A DNA stretch of 64,000 nt from the IMG/VR virus record IMGVR_UViG_3300028388_004484, positions 414 through 64,413 of that record; one strand, 5' to 3'. Position 1 is the first letter of the stretch, and each line of letters starts with the position of its first letter. The translations under genes were made by a program, and so were the position numbers. Shown piece by piece: positions 55,719-64,000 of this stretch. The notes below the pieces were generated by a model. It made no database searches, had not been told where the DNA came from, and saw nothing but the letters and a program-made list of their open reading frames with translations. The stretch comes from a virus. Lineage: Duplodnaviria; Caudoviricetes.

Positions 55719-58700
55719 ATGAAAGTTATAGCTTATAGAATACGGGTCGACGGCGCGGATATAGTCGTAAAAACGCAACAGGACTTGCGAAAGGCAATCC
55801 GTGACGTAAATAAAGCCCTTGACGATACCGAAATCGGGTCGAAGCGATACCAAAAGTTACAAAAGGAATTAGGCCGGCTAAAGGAAACCCAAAAGCGGGT
55901 TCGGCAGGACACCCGGGATGCCGGCCGCGAATTTATCCGGTCAGCGGACCGCGGTAAGCGTTCTTACCGTTCTTTAAATGCCGAACTTGTAAACCTAAAG
56001 CGGCAGTACAAAGAACTAAGCGAAGCGGACCGGAATTCTAATACCGGCCGCGGCCTTTTAAAGCAGATTCGCGGCCTTTCAAAGGAATTAAAAGGGATTG
56101 ACAAAACGCTGGGGGATAACTTCCGGAATGTGGGAAATTACCAATCAGCTTTAAAAGGGGTATTCGGAAAGCTTGCCCTGGGCGCCGCTGCTTTGGGGAT
56201 CGCTACCGGGATCCGGGAAATAGGAGCGGCGGCAAAGGAAGCCTTCCGAACTTTTGTCGACTTCCGGGATCAAGTTGCGATCCTGGGCGCCGTTTCCGGC
56301 GCGACGGCCGAAGAACTTAAAGTTTTGGAAGAAGAAGCGAAGCGCTTAGGGGAATCAACGCAATTTACAGCATCGCAAGTCGCCGAACTACAAACGAACT
56401 TTGCCCGGGCGGGCTTCGATCCTTCGCAAATTATAGCGGCGACGGAAGCAACCCTGTCTTTGGCGACGGCTACCGGCGAAGATCTGGCACGTTCTTCCGA
56501 AGTTGTAACGACTACGCTTGGCGGCTATCAACTTACGGCGCAGGATACGGAACGGGCCACAAACGCCATGACGGCGGCCTTTAATACTTCCCGTTTGCAG
56601 CTTGAAAGCTTCTTTGAAGCGACAAAAATTGTAGCGCCGAACGCGGCTTCTTTGGGCGTCGAAATTGAACAGGTAAACGCCGTTTTGGGCGCCTTAGCCG
56701 ATGCCGGTATTGATGGAAGTAGTGCGGGGACGGCCCTACGGCGAATCTTCCTTGAAATGTCAAAAGAAAGTAGTAAGCTTTCCGGCGTGCTGGGCGTTAC
56801 CGTAAAAGACGCGGAAAGTTTTAACCTTGCGCTTGAAAGATTAGGGGAAATTGATGTGACCCCCGAATTAGCAGACGAATTAGTCGGCAAGCGGGCCTTA
56901 ACGGCTTTGCAGCTTCTTTCTACGCAGTCGGATAAGATCCGCGGCCTTTCGGCGGCGTATGGGTCCGTAACGGGGGAAATTGATAAGCTAGGCTTAACCA
57001 TTGAAGATATTCCCGAAAAATTCCAGGACCTTGCCAATGCGGCGGAAACGGCCGGTAAAGTTCAGGATTCTTTAGCCGGCGACACGAAAGCCCTGGCATC
57101 GGCCGCCGAAGGTGTGCAAATTTCTTTCGTCGGCGCCTTCGAAGATATTGGGCGAACGATAACGCAATTTATCACTTCGGCCCTTCGAAAAGTATCCGGA
57201 TTTTCCGGCGCCTTCCGAAAGGCATTCGATTTTTTGGTTGATATCTTACGGCCTATCGTCGAAGCCTTCGCAAATTTGGGATCCGCTATTTTTGGCGGAA
57301 CGGAAAAGGTGATAACTTTTGAAGATGTTCTTAGGACCCTTTCATCCGTTCTTACTTTCCTTTCAAATGTTTTGGCGACGGCCGTAAATTGGATGGCCGA
57401 ATTTATCACTGAATTACGGGACGGGATTAATGAGATACCCCTTTTAAAAGGCCTTTTTGACGGGCTTGTTACCGGGGTAAAGGACCTGGTTTCCTTATTC
57501 CTTGACCTTCCGAACATTTTTAACGGCGTTTTAGAATCCGTTAAGGCCTTCCGGGACAATATCAAAAATCTTAATTGGGAAAGAAGCATTAGCGATGCCT
57601 TTGAAAACGGTTACTATTCTGCGCAGCGCCTTGCTTCGGGTATGATGTCCGCGCAGGAAGCGGCCGAAGGTTTGCTAGGAATTGTAAAGGAAGTAAATGA
57701 CCTTCCGATAGGTGTCCGGGCGCCGGGTATACCCGATGCGGCGGCGCCGATAATTACCGATGTTGAACCGGATCCGGAAGGCGATGACACCTTCGACGGA
57801 TTAAAGGAAAGCGCCACCGCGGCGGAAGGTTCTATTAAATTCCTAAAAGATCGGATTTCTTCCCTTAAAAATGAGTTGGAAGATTTAAACGACGATAACA
57901 ACATCGCCGATAAATTAGAAGAAATTATAGACGCAGAAGCGGACCTGGAAAAGGCACAGAAAAGAATAGAATCCATAAAGGAAGATTTGAAATTTGCCGA
58001 CGGGCAAACGATCGACCTTTTAGTCGATGTTATCGACTTTGATTCTTCGGCCGTAGATAGGGAAATTGATCGCATCACCGACGAATCATTTAAGGCGGTC
58101 GAAGAAGCTATCCAACGGGAAGGAATTAAGCGGGTCGAAGCGGCCCGAAAAGCGATCGAATCCGATAAGGAATTTCAGGCGGCGCGGAAGAAGATCGAAG
58201 AAGAAACGCAGCGGGAACTCCTGGAAGCCCGCCTTCGGGCCGCGGAAGAAGGAAGCCTTGCGCAGGCGAAGTTAATACAGGAATTAGCCGACCTGGAAAC
58301 TGATATTAACCGGGAAAAAAACGAGGCGATTTTAAAGCAGGAAGAAGAAGCGGCGACGCAGCGGAAAGCACTTTTGGAAGAAGTTTTAAACGAAAGCTTT
58401 TCGATTATTTCGGATGTTTCGCAGCTTATCTTTTCGATCGACGCCGAACGGATCGAAAACACAAAGAATGCGCAAATAGCGGCTATTAACGAACAGGAAG
58501 AAGCGCGTTTGCAAGAATACGCGAATAATGAAGAAGCACAAAACGAAATCCGGGCCGAAGCGGAAGAAGAACGGCAGAAGATCGAAGCCGAAGCGGCGAA
58601 AAAGCAACAGGCTTTAGCCGTCAAGCAGGCGATTATTAACGCGGCTTTGGCAGTTACCAAAATATTTGCGACGCTTCCGCCACCGGCTAACTTCATCCAG

Positions 58701-59183
58701 GCCGGAATTGTTGCCGTAAAGATGGCCCTGGAAATAGCAAAGATCAAAAATACGACCTTCGCGACTGGCGGCTTTACGGGCTACGGATCCGGGGCGCCCG
58801 ACGAAACCGGGGAACGGCCGGTAGGCATCGTTCACGAAGGGGAATATGTCATACCGAAGCGGGTATTAAGGACCCGGCAGGGAATGGAACTTGCCCGGGC
58901 CGCGGAAATTCTACGGGCGCAAAAACTTGGTTCCCGTTTTCGTCGTTCGATGAAATTTGCCGAAGGCGGTTTTACCACTTCGCCGATACCGGCGACCGCC
59001 GGCGGCGGAATTATTCAGGCGGAAGTAGTTAGCAGAATAAGCGAAGATGATATTCAAGCAATAGCGGATTCAGTCCGGGCCGGTGCGCAGGCCGGAACCC
59101 GGGCCGGAAGCGCGCAGGGCGCAGGGGAATTAGAACGCCGGCGCGTTAGATTAAATAACCTGGAAGAAAAAATTAAAGTCTAA
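55719..59183 (+). CDS. tail tape measure protein (TP901-type core)
   Basis: AKRLGESTQFTASQVAE, LADAGIDGSSAGTALRR; long helical 1154 aa; FATGGFTG. Confidence 0.93.
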   Translation: MKVIAYRIRVDGADIVVKTQQDLRKAIRDVNKALDDTEIGSKRYQKLQKELGRLKETQKRVRQDTRDAGREFIRSADRGKRSYRSLNAELVNLKRQYKELSEADRNSNTGRGLLKQIRGLSKELKGIDKTLGDNFRNVGNYQSALKGVFGKLALGAAALGIATGIREIGAAAKEAFRTFVDFRDQVAILGAVSGATAEELKVLEEEAKRLGESTQFTASQVAELQTNFARAGFDPSQIIAATEATLSLATATGEDLARSSEVVTTTLGGYQLTAQDTERATNAMTAAFNTSRLQLESFFEATKIVAPNAASLGVEIEQVNAVLGALADAGIDGSSAGTALRRIFLEMSKESSKLSGVLGVTVKDAESFNLALERLGEIDVTPELADELVGKRALTALQLLSTQSDKIRGLSAAYGSVTGEIDKLGLTIEDIPEKFQDLANAAETAGKVQDSLAGDTKALASAAEGVQISFVGAFEDIGRTITQFITSALRKVSGFSGAFRKAFDFLVDILRPIVEAFANLGSAIFGGTEKVITFEDVLRTLSSVLTFLSNVLATAVNWMAEFITELRDGINEIPLLKGLFDGLVTGVKDLVSLFLDLPNIFNGVLESVKAFRDNIKNLNWERSISDAFENGYYSAQRLASGMMSAQEAAEGLLGIVKEVNDLPIGVRAPGIPDAAAPIITDVEPDPEGDDTFDGLKESATAAEGSIKFLKDRISSLKNELEDLNDDNNIADKLEEIIDAEADLEKAQKRIESIKEDLKFADGQTIDLLVDVIDFDSSAVDREIDRITDESFKAVEEAIQREGIKRVEAARKAIESDKEFQAARKKIEEETQRELLEARLRAAEEGSLAQAKLIQELADLETDINREKNEAILKQEEEAATQRKALLEEVLNESFSIISDVSQLIFSIDAERIENTKNAQIAAINEQEEARLQEYANNEEAQNEIRAEAEEERQKIEAEAAKKQQALAVKQAIINAALAVTKIFATLPPPANFIQAGIVAVKMALEIAKIKNTTFATGGFTGYGSGAPDETGERPVGIVHEGEYVIPKRVLRTRQGMELARAAEILRAQKLGSRFRRSMKFAEGGFTTSPIPATAGGGIIQAEVVSRISEDDIQAIADSVRAGAQAGTRAGSAQGAGELERRRVRLNNLEEKIKV

Positions 59184-60283
59184 TGGCTATATCTGTAATA
59201 ACATCTCCTAACGATTATGTCGGCTACGACAATTTAATCTGGCGCCTTCTTTTGGATAGTGCCGGGGTAGATCCTATCGTTAAAAGACTGCATTATCAGC
59301 TTTACGACGGCGGCGGAACGGCGATAACAAAAGCTTATGGTGTCGCCTACACTCCGAACGGCGCCTACATTAACTTTGGGGACCTACTTAAAGGCTTCCT
59401 TTCGACGCCATTCCACGACGGTGCGCCTTCAAGTGTCGCTTCGGATTATTCAAAGGAAGTTTATTTGCGATATTGGGAAAGTAGTTACAATAAAGATACC
59501 GGCGACTATACCGAAACCGGGCATACGAATTCGTCGACTGTGACGGTTTTAAATGGCCGTGGACAGTACTTTAATGCGGACCCCTTCGCTAACTATCCGC
59601 TTGTGCCGGTTCTCCTTACACGGCGCCCTTTTAACTTTTCGGCTGCCCGGGATCAAATTGACCATTTATACGTACTGGCGGGGACTACGCCGGTGACGAT
59701 AACGCAAACGGTATATGCTGCTTCCGGGGCGCCGGCATCGGCGGCGCCGAAGGTAATTCCGGCGAACACTGCGCAAGGCGTCAGCCTCATTTCCAAACCA
59801 TGGATAACGCCGGCGATTGACGACTATTATCGTTTGCAGTATTCTATTTCCGCGGGGATCTTTAGCGAAGAAATTAATATCTACGTTAAGGATAGCTGCG
59901 AAGAAGGCCTGGACCTTTATTTTCTGGAAAGCCTTGGCGGGTGGTCATCCTTCCGCTTCAAAAAAGCGCGGCCCGGGGTCCGGCGGAACCTTATCCTTTA
60001 CCGGAATCCGGAAGCTGGCATTTCTTCGACGAAAGCAGACAACTTCGAAACCTTTTCTTTAGAAACGGACCTTCCCATAAGGGATAAAGATTCGCAAAAC
60101 TTTATACGCGAAATGCTTGCCGCGCAGGTACATTACCTGAAAGTCGAAACGTCGAACGGGTCATGGTATCAAAAGTTTATCCTGGATGATAGCGAATTTA
60201 CGCTTTCTTCGGAAACGGGGATGGTTTCAATACGGGTAAAAGGTCGACTTTCTACTAACTACGAAACATTGCCACAAGAATGA
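59183..60283 (+). CDS. tail tip / distal tail protein (putative)
   Basis: after the TMP; FLESLGGWSSFRF motif. Confidence 0.6.
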   Translation: MAISVITSPNDYVGYDNLIWRLLLDSAGVDPIVKRLHYQLYDGGGTAITKAYGVAYTPNGAYINFGDLLKGFLSTPFHDGAPSSVASDYSKEVYLRYWESSYNKDTGDYTETGHTNSSTVTVLNGRGQYFNADPFANYPLVPVLLTRRPFNFSAARDQIDHLYVLAGTTPVTITQTVYAASGAPASAAPKVIPANTAQGVSLISKPWITPAIDDYYRLQYSISAGIFSEEINIYVKDSCEEGLDLYFLESLGGWSSFRFKKARPGVRRNLILYRNPEAGISSTKADNFETFSLETDLPIRDKDSQNFIREMLAAQVHYLKVETSNGSWYQKFILDDSEFTLSSETGMVSIRVKGRLSTNYETLPQE

Positions 60284-62466
60284 ATGACAGGATAGAACTT
60301 GCGGAAAGTACATTCGGCTTCCCGGCGCAGTACCTTGAAGCAGACGGTCGAATTATCTTCGACACCTGGGACGGCTTTACGTTCGAATTAACGGAACGCC
60401 TTTCGGAACTTACCGAAGCGACGCAAATTACCAAAAGCGCGGTCCTGGGCTTCGACCTTCCTTCTACGCCGAAAAATGACTACCTTTTCCGGGCCTTCCG
60501 GACCGCTAATTTGATGTACAACCAATTTTCGGCGTTAAAAGTAACTTGTATAACGGCATCCGGGCGGATCCTACAACAGGATCAAATGTGGTTGTTTTCT
60601 TTTAACGACGCCGAAAAAAGTTACCAGGTCGAAATTTACGACACCGACGACTTTTGGCCGATACAAGCGGAAGAACTAACCTTCGACCAGCTTGACTTAG
60701 GAACCTTTACCGTTTCGGAATTAAACATGATCGACAACTGGCAGACCCCCGAATACGCCGACGGCCAGGATCCTTTTTACTTCGGGCTTGTTCATTACGG
60801 CGGCTTTTGGGGGAATATGAATGAGTTTTTCATGGATGACCTTCGGCCTCTTTTAAGCGTGCCGGCGCTGCTAACTAAAGCTTTTCAAGAAATCGGATGG
60901 ACGTTCGATTCACCGCTCCTTTCTTCGCCGTGGTTTAATCGGCTTTGGGTCTATATCCTTAAGGAAGAATTAAGTTATTCGACCATGGGCGACGGCCTTT
61001 ATAATGCGGAAGCTTCGACGCTTTCTACTTTTACTGTATCAAGAGATACGGGCGTACCAAATGTTGCCCGAAAATACTTCTTATTCGATACCGTAATTAG
61101 CGACCCGGGCGGAAACCTTTTAACGAATACACACGCCACAATCAATGACCATACGGTATACTCCCTTACGGAAGGCGTGCCGGCGGTTATGGGCGTAAGT
61201 ATTGCAGTAACCTTACTCGGTGACGCCCTGGGCGGATCCGCCCGCATAGGCGTGGCCGATGTCGACGACCTGGACAATCCGATCGTTTTAACGTCGCAAA
61301 GCTTTTCCGTCGGGGCAAGTGAAAGTAAGTCGATCGTGTTTGAAGAAGAATTCTATGCGACGACGATTCGAAACATAGCTTTCTTTGTCGAATTCGAAAG
61401 TTCGAACGGGGTCGATCCTACGCCCCTAATTTATGCTATTGCACCGACTATTACCCTTCGCAGCGTTTCCAATAGGGTACACCGCGGCGATACGGTCACT
61501 ATTTCGGAACTCGTTTCTTCGGATTACACGCTTATAGACTTCCTTCGTGGCCTTGCACATTTAGGCAACTTTCGTTTTAACACAGATTGGGGAACCCGGA
61601 CCGTTTCGATGTATCCGGAAATGACCGCCGACGTATACGGCCAGGACGTCGAAGGATTTATTTTCCCTTACGATAGCAATGTCGATGTTTCGGATTCCGT
61701 CATCCCGGAAAGCCTTTTCGCTTCCTTCCCGAAGTCGCGCCCGAATAGATATGTTTCTTTACGGTGGAAGGAATCGAAAGATAGCTTTATTGAGGAATTG
61801 AAGTTACCGGAAGAAGGGCCGCTGCATTCCCGAAAAATCGACCTGGGCGAAGCATTGAAGAAGGAAACGACGATTAATGAAAACCCCTTCTTTGAACCTA
61901 CCGGTAATATTACGATAAACGAGGTTTCCATGCCGGCAATGTGGGATAATACCAATGATGAAATTTCTTATAAAATCGGCCCGCGGATCCTTTACGCCGT
62001 CGGATTTACCCGGCAATATGACCCGGTAACGGGCGACGGCTTCGCCTGGAACTTTGAATTTCAGGTACGGCCGAACCTTCCTTATGTCGCGCAGCTTCCG
62101 GAAGGTTACATCGACACCGGCGCCGGGCCGGAACTGCCCACCGGGAACGTAGTTTTTGGTGATAAAGATCCGGATCTTTTTACAACGTTCTACGCATCGG
62201 CGGTCCTGGACGCCCGTTTTTCTCCTACCTACGAATTTAAGATTAAGGCATCGGATGTTCTTTTCGAATCTTTAGACTTCCGAAGCCGGCTGCATATCGA
62301 ATATGGCCAGGAAACGATTATCGCCCGGCTATTAGAAAAGCGCGAATTCAAAACGGATCTTTCCGAACCCTTTACGATAGTTGTCCGGCCGGAATATCAG
62401 GATGTTGACGTAAAAACCCCATTAGAAGAACTGCCGGCCGCCGGCGAACAGCCTTCGCCCGGATAG
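60280..62466 (+). CDS. baseplate hub / minor tail protein (putative)
   Basis: FDLPSTPKND..F motif; second gene after the TMP. Confidence 0.65.
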   Translation: MNDRIELAESTFGFPAQYLEADGRIIFDTWDGFTFELTERLSELTEATQITKSAVLGFDLPSTPKNDYLFRAFRTANLMYNQFSALKVTCITASGRILQQDQMWLFSFNDAEKSYQVEIYDTDDFWPIQAEELTFDQLDLGTFTVSELNMIDNWQTPEYADGQDPFYFGLVHYGGFWGNMNEFFMDDLRPLLSVPALLTKAFQEIGWTFDSPLLSSPWFNRLWVYILKEELSYSTMGDGLYNAEASTLSTFTVSRDTGVPNVARKYFLFDTVISDPGGNLLTNTHATINDHTVYSLTEGVPAVMGVSIAVTLLGDALGGSARIGVADVDDLDNPIVLTSQSFSVGASESKSIVFEEEFYATTIRNIAFFVEFESSNGVDPTPLIYAIAPTITLRSVSNRVHRGDTVTISELVSSDYTLIDFLRGLAHLGNFRFNTDWGTRTVSMYPEMTADVYGQDVEGFIFPYDSNVDVSDSVIPESLFASFPKSRPNRYVSLRWKESKDSFIEELKLPEEGPLHSRKIDLGEALKKETTINENPFFEPTGNITINEVSMPAMWDNTNDEISYKIGPRILYAVGFTRQYDPVTGDGFAWNFEFQVRPNLPYVAQLPEGYIDTGAGPELPTGNVVFGDKDPDLFTTFYASAVLDARFSPTYEFKIKASDVLFESLDFRSRLHIEYGQETIIARLLEKREFKTDLSEPFTIVVRPEYQDVDVKTPLEELPAAGEQPSPG

Positions 62467-62501
62467 GATAATGTACGCTATTTAAGACAATTCGCTTCAA
62501 T

Positions 62502-62702
62502 ATGTGGAAAATAGAAAACATACCGGAAGAAGTACGGCCGGAAATTCTTAAGTTTTATAAATTATCCGAATTTTCTGATATTGCAGATATTTTTGTGAAG
62601 TATGACGTTATCCCAGGGGGCATGTGCCGTTCGTGCGGTTTCAAGCGAACATTAAAAGCCTGGGTCGAATATGCTATTAATATTTGGGGCCTGGATGGAT
62701 AA
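62502..62702 (+). CDS. hypothetical protein
   Basis: ORF with CxxC. Confidence 0.5.
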   Translation: MWKIENIPEEVRPEILKFYKLSEFSDIADIFVKYDVIPGGMCRSCGFKRTLKAWVEYAINIWGLDG

Positions 62703-62988
62703 AACAGAGTTAAAAGAAAAAAGAAAAGAAGTAGTCCTTAAGCTTTCTAAGCTTTTCGGCCTTGCCGTCGCCACCAAATACGAAGATTTACCAAAAGACG
62801 TAAAAGATTTTTATTCTCATTATAGGTATACCGAATTACTTCGGCCATTAGTTTGCTTCGAATACCGAAAGAAGGAAATAAGCATGGCCGTTTTAGCCCG
62901 AAAGTACAGGATTTCAGAACGGCAAATTAGGTACATGATAAAGATCGGAGATAACATTTTAAACAATAAAAACAAGACAGAAGAATGA
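62695..62988 (+). CDS. HTH protein (Mor-like late activator candidate)
   Basis: SMAVLARKYRISERQIRYMI. Confidence 0.55.
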   Translation: MDKTELKEKRKEVVLKLSKLFGLAVATKYEDLPKDVKDFYSHYRYTELLRPLVCFEYRKKEISMAVLARKYRISERQIRYMIKIGDNILNNKNKTEE

Positions 62989-63455
62989 AGAAGGCTTTTT
63001 ATTTTGTAATCGGCTTAATCGCTATCATTTTTTTTGCGCTTAACTTTTCGGCCTGTGGATCCGAACCGGCGCCGGAAAGCTACGGCCGCGAAATTCCAGT
63101 TTCTGAACGAAGCTTCCCGAAGGCGGAACCGGATAACGCTTCCCTTTCCATTGCTTCGAAGCCCGAAAAGATCCGGAAGGAAGAACGGTTTCAAACACGG
63201 GTCGAAAGCTACATGGCCCTTTTTGCGACCGTTTACAATTCGGCTACGGGCGACTTCCTTACCGTGCGGGGAAAATTTCCCGGCCTGGATGTTCCGGCAG
63301 ATACTACGCTATTAAGTAAAATGCAGGAAGAAGGAATCATCCCGGAAGGGTATAAAGTTACCAGGTTCGAAAAGATGCCCATTTCCTACGTTTATCGTGT
63401 GCCTGTTGAACTGGAAGAAGCGACGCCGGCCGGCGAAGGTCCGGCAAAAGAATAA
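62985..63455 (+). CDS. lipoprotein
   Basis: MKK-hydrophobic-FSAC lipobox. Confidence 0.7.
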   Translation: MKKAFYFVIGLIAIIFFALNFSACGSEPAPESYGREIPVSERSFPKAEPDNASLSIASKPEKIRKEERFQTRVESYMALFATVYNSATGDFLTVRGKFPGLDVPADTTLLSKMQEEGIIPEGYKVTRFEKMPISYVYRVPVELEEATPAGEGPAKE

Positions 63456-63664
63456 CTTGTGTAGGTTTTTCTCATATAGGTTTGACCCCGGGTGTGTGCC
63501 GCCTGGGGTTTTTTTTTGAAAAAAATGTCAAAAAAGCTTGACTAACAAAAGAAGGTTCACTACCTTTACATCGTCTTAAGGAATTAAAAGATTTTCAAAC
63601 TAAAAGCGAGTTAAAGCGGAATAAATTAAATGGGCTTCGGCCCCTAACCTTAAAAAAAAATATT

Positions 63665-63922
63665 ATGAAAATTTCTGAAATGATAGCGAAGTTAATGGAA
63701 GTAAAAGAATTGGCGGGCGATGTCGAAGTAAAGGTTTTTGTCTATGACTATTATACGAAATATCCCCGGGAAGCTACGATATGCGGCGGCCCGAATTCTT
63801 CCCGCAGGTACACTATTAGTTATTCGCCTGGGAGGATTTCATTTCTTAAAGTCGACTTGGATTCCCCGAACGACTTCGGCGAAATTTCGCGTCCCAAAAT
63901 CACTTTCCGTAAAGATTCTTAG
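63665..63922 (+). CDS. hypothetical early protein
   Basis: MKISEMIAKL...GDVEV; class A promoter at 63526. Confidence 0.65.
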   Translation: MKISEMIAKLMEVKELAGDVEVKVFVYDYYTKYPREATICGGPNSSRRYTISYSPGRISFLKVDLDSPNDFGEISRPKITFRKDS

Positions 63923-64000
63923 TCTTAAGAAATTAAAATATTCTTTAAAAACAAGAATAACGATTTTAAGAGCCTGTAAGGCGACTTCTTTAAATGGGCT

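Noticed and set aside
56528-58835. Long minus-strand ORFs opposite the TMP and other genes
   Set aside because: Shadows of biased codon usage; no motifs, leaders or promoters.
1-64000. Stop-codon reassignment as in some Bacteroidota phages
   Set aside because: Genes tile densely under the standard code, and TAA, TAG and TGA all end plausible genes.

Overview
The window is almost entirely one temperate, probably siphovirus-like tailed phage of a Bacteroidota host. Host evidence: TAnnTTTG promoters, no Shine-Dalgarno sites, Gln+1 signal peptides and a Bacteroidota-type integrase. It starts inside the head protease gene and appears to carry an intact attP, so it looks like the free or excised form. 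Modules in order: head/portal/neck (1-6.0 kb); four fibre-like genes that all carry export signal peptides (6.1-13.2 kb); repressor switch and replication (14.6-19.9 kb); an AT-richer integron-like array of five cassettes (20.5-22.5 kb); attP and integrase (24.1-25.6 kb); nucleotide, recombination and lysis genes plus tRNA-Glu (27-35.7 kb); a ParB-SDR-cupin-PAPS reductase-ParB cluster next to terminase (35.7-41.5 kb); small early genes with repeated promoter/operators (41.5-52 kb); tail genes (52.7-62.5 kb). Most unusual signals: (1) a shared leader AAAAGCRAGTTRARATG before many lytic genes, whose reverse complement sits just before terminators, including in the repressor 3' UTR, and whose target variation is A-to-G (G:U-compatible), suggesting a genome-wide antisense RNA regulon; (2) an attC-like cassette array with no IntI, in which two ORFs read through cassette junctions; (3) Sec-exported fibre-like proteins; (4) a membrane protein whose promoter and coding sequence are both studded with GCAAACG; (5) a second copy of the iteron origin about 38.6 kb away. 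All product calls come from motif recognition and gene context by eye; no database searches were run.
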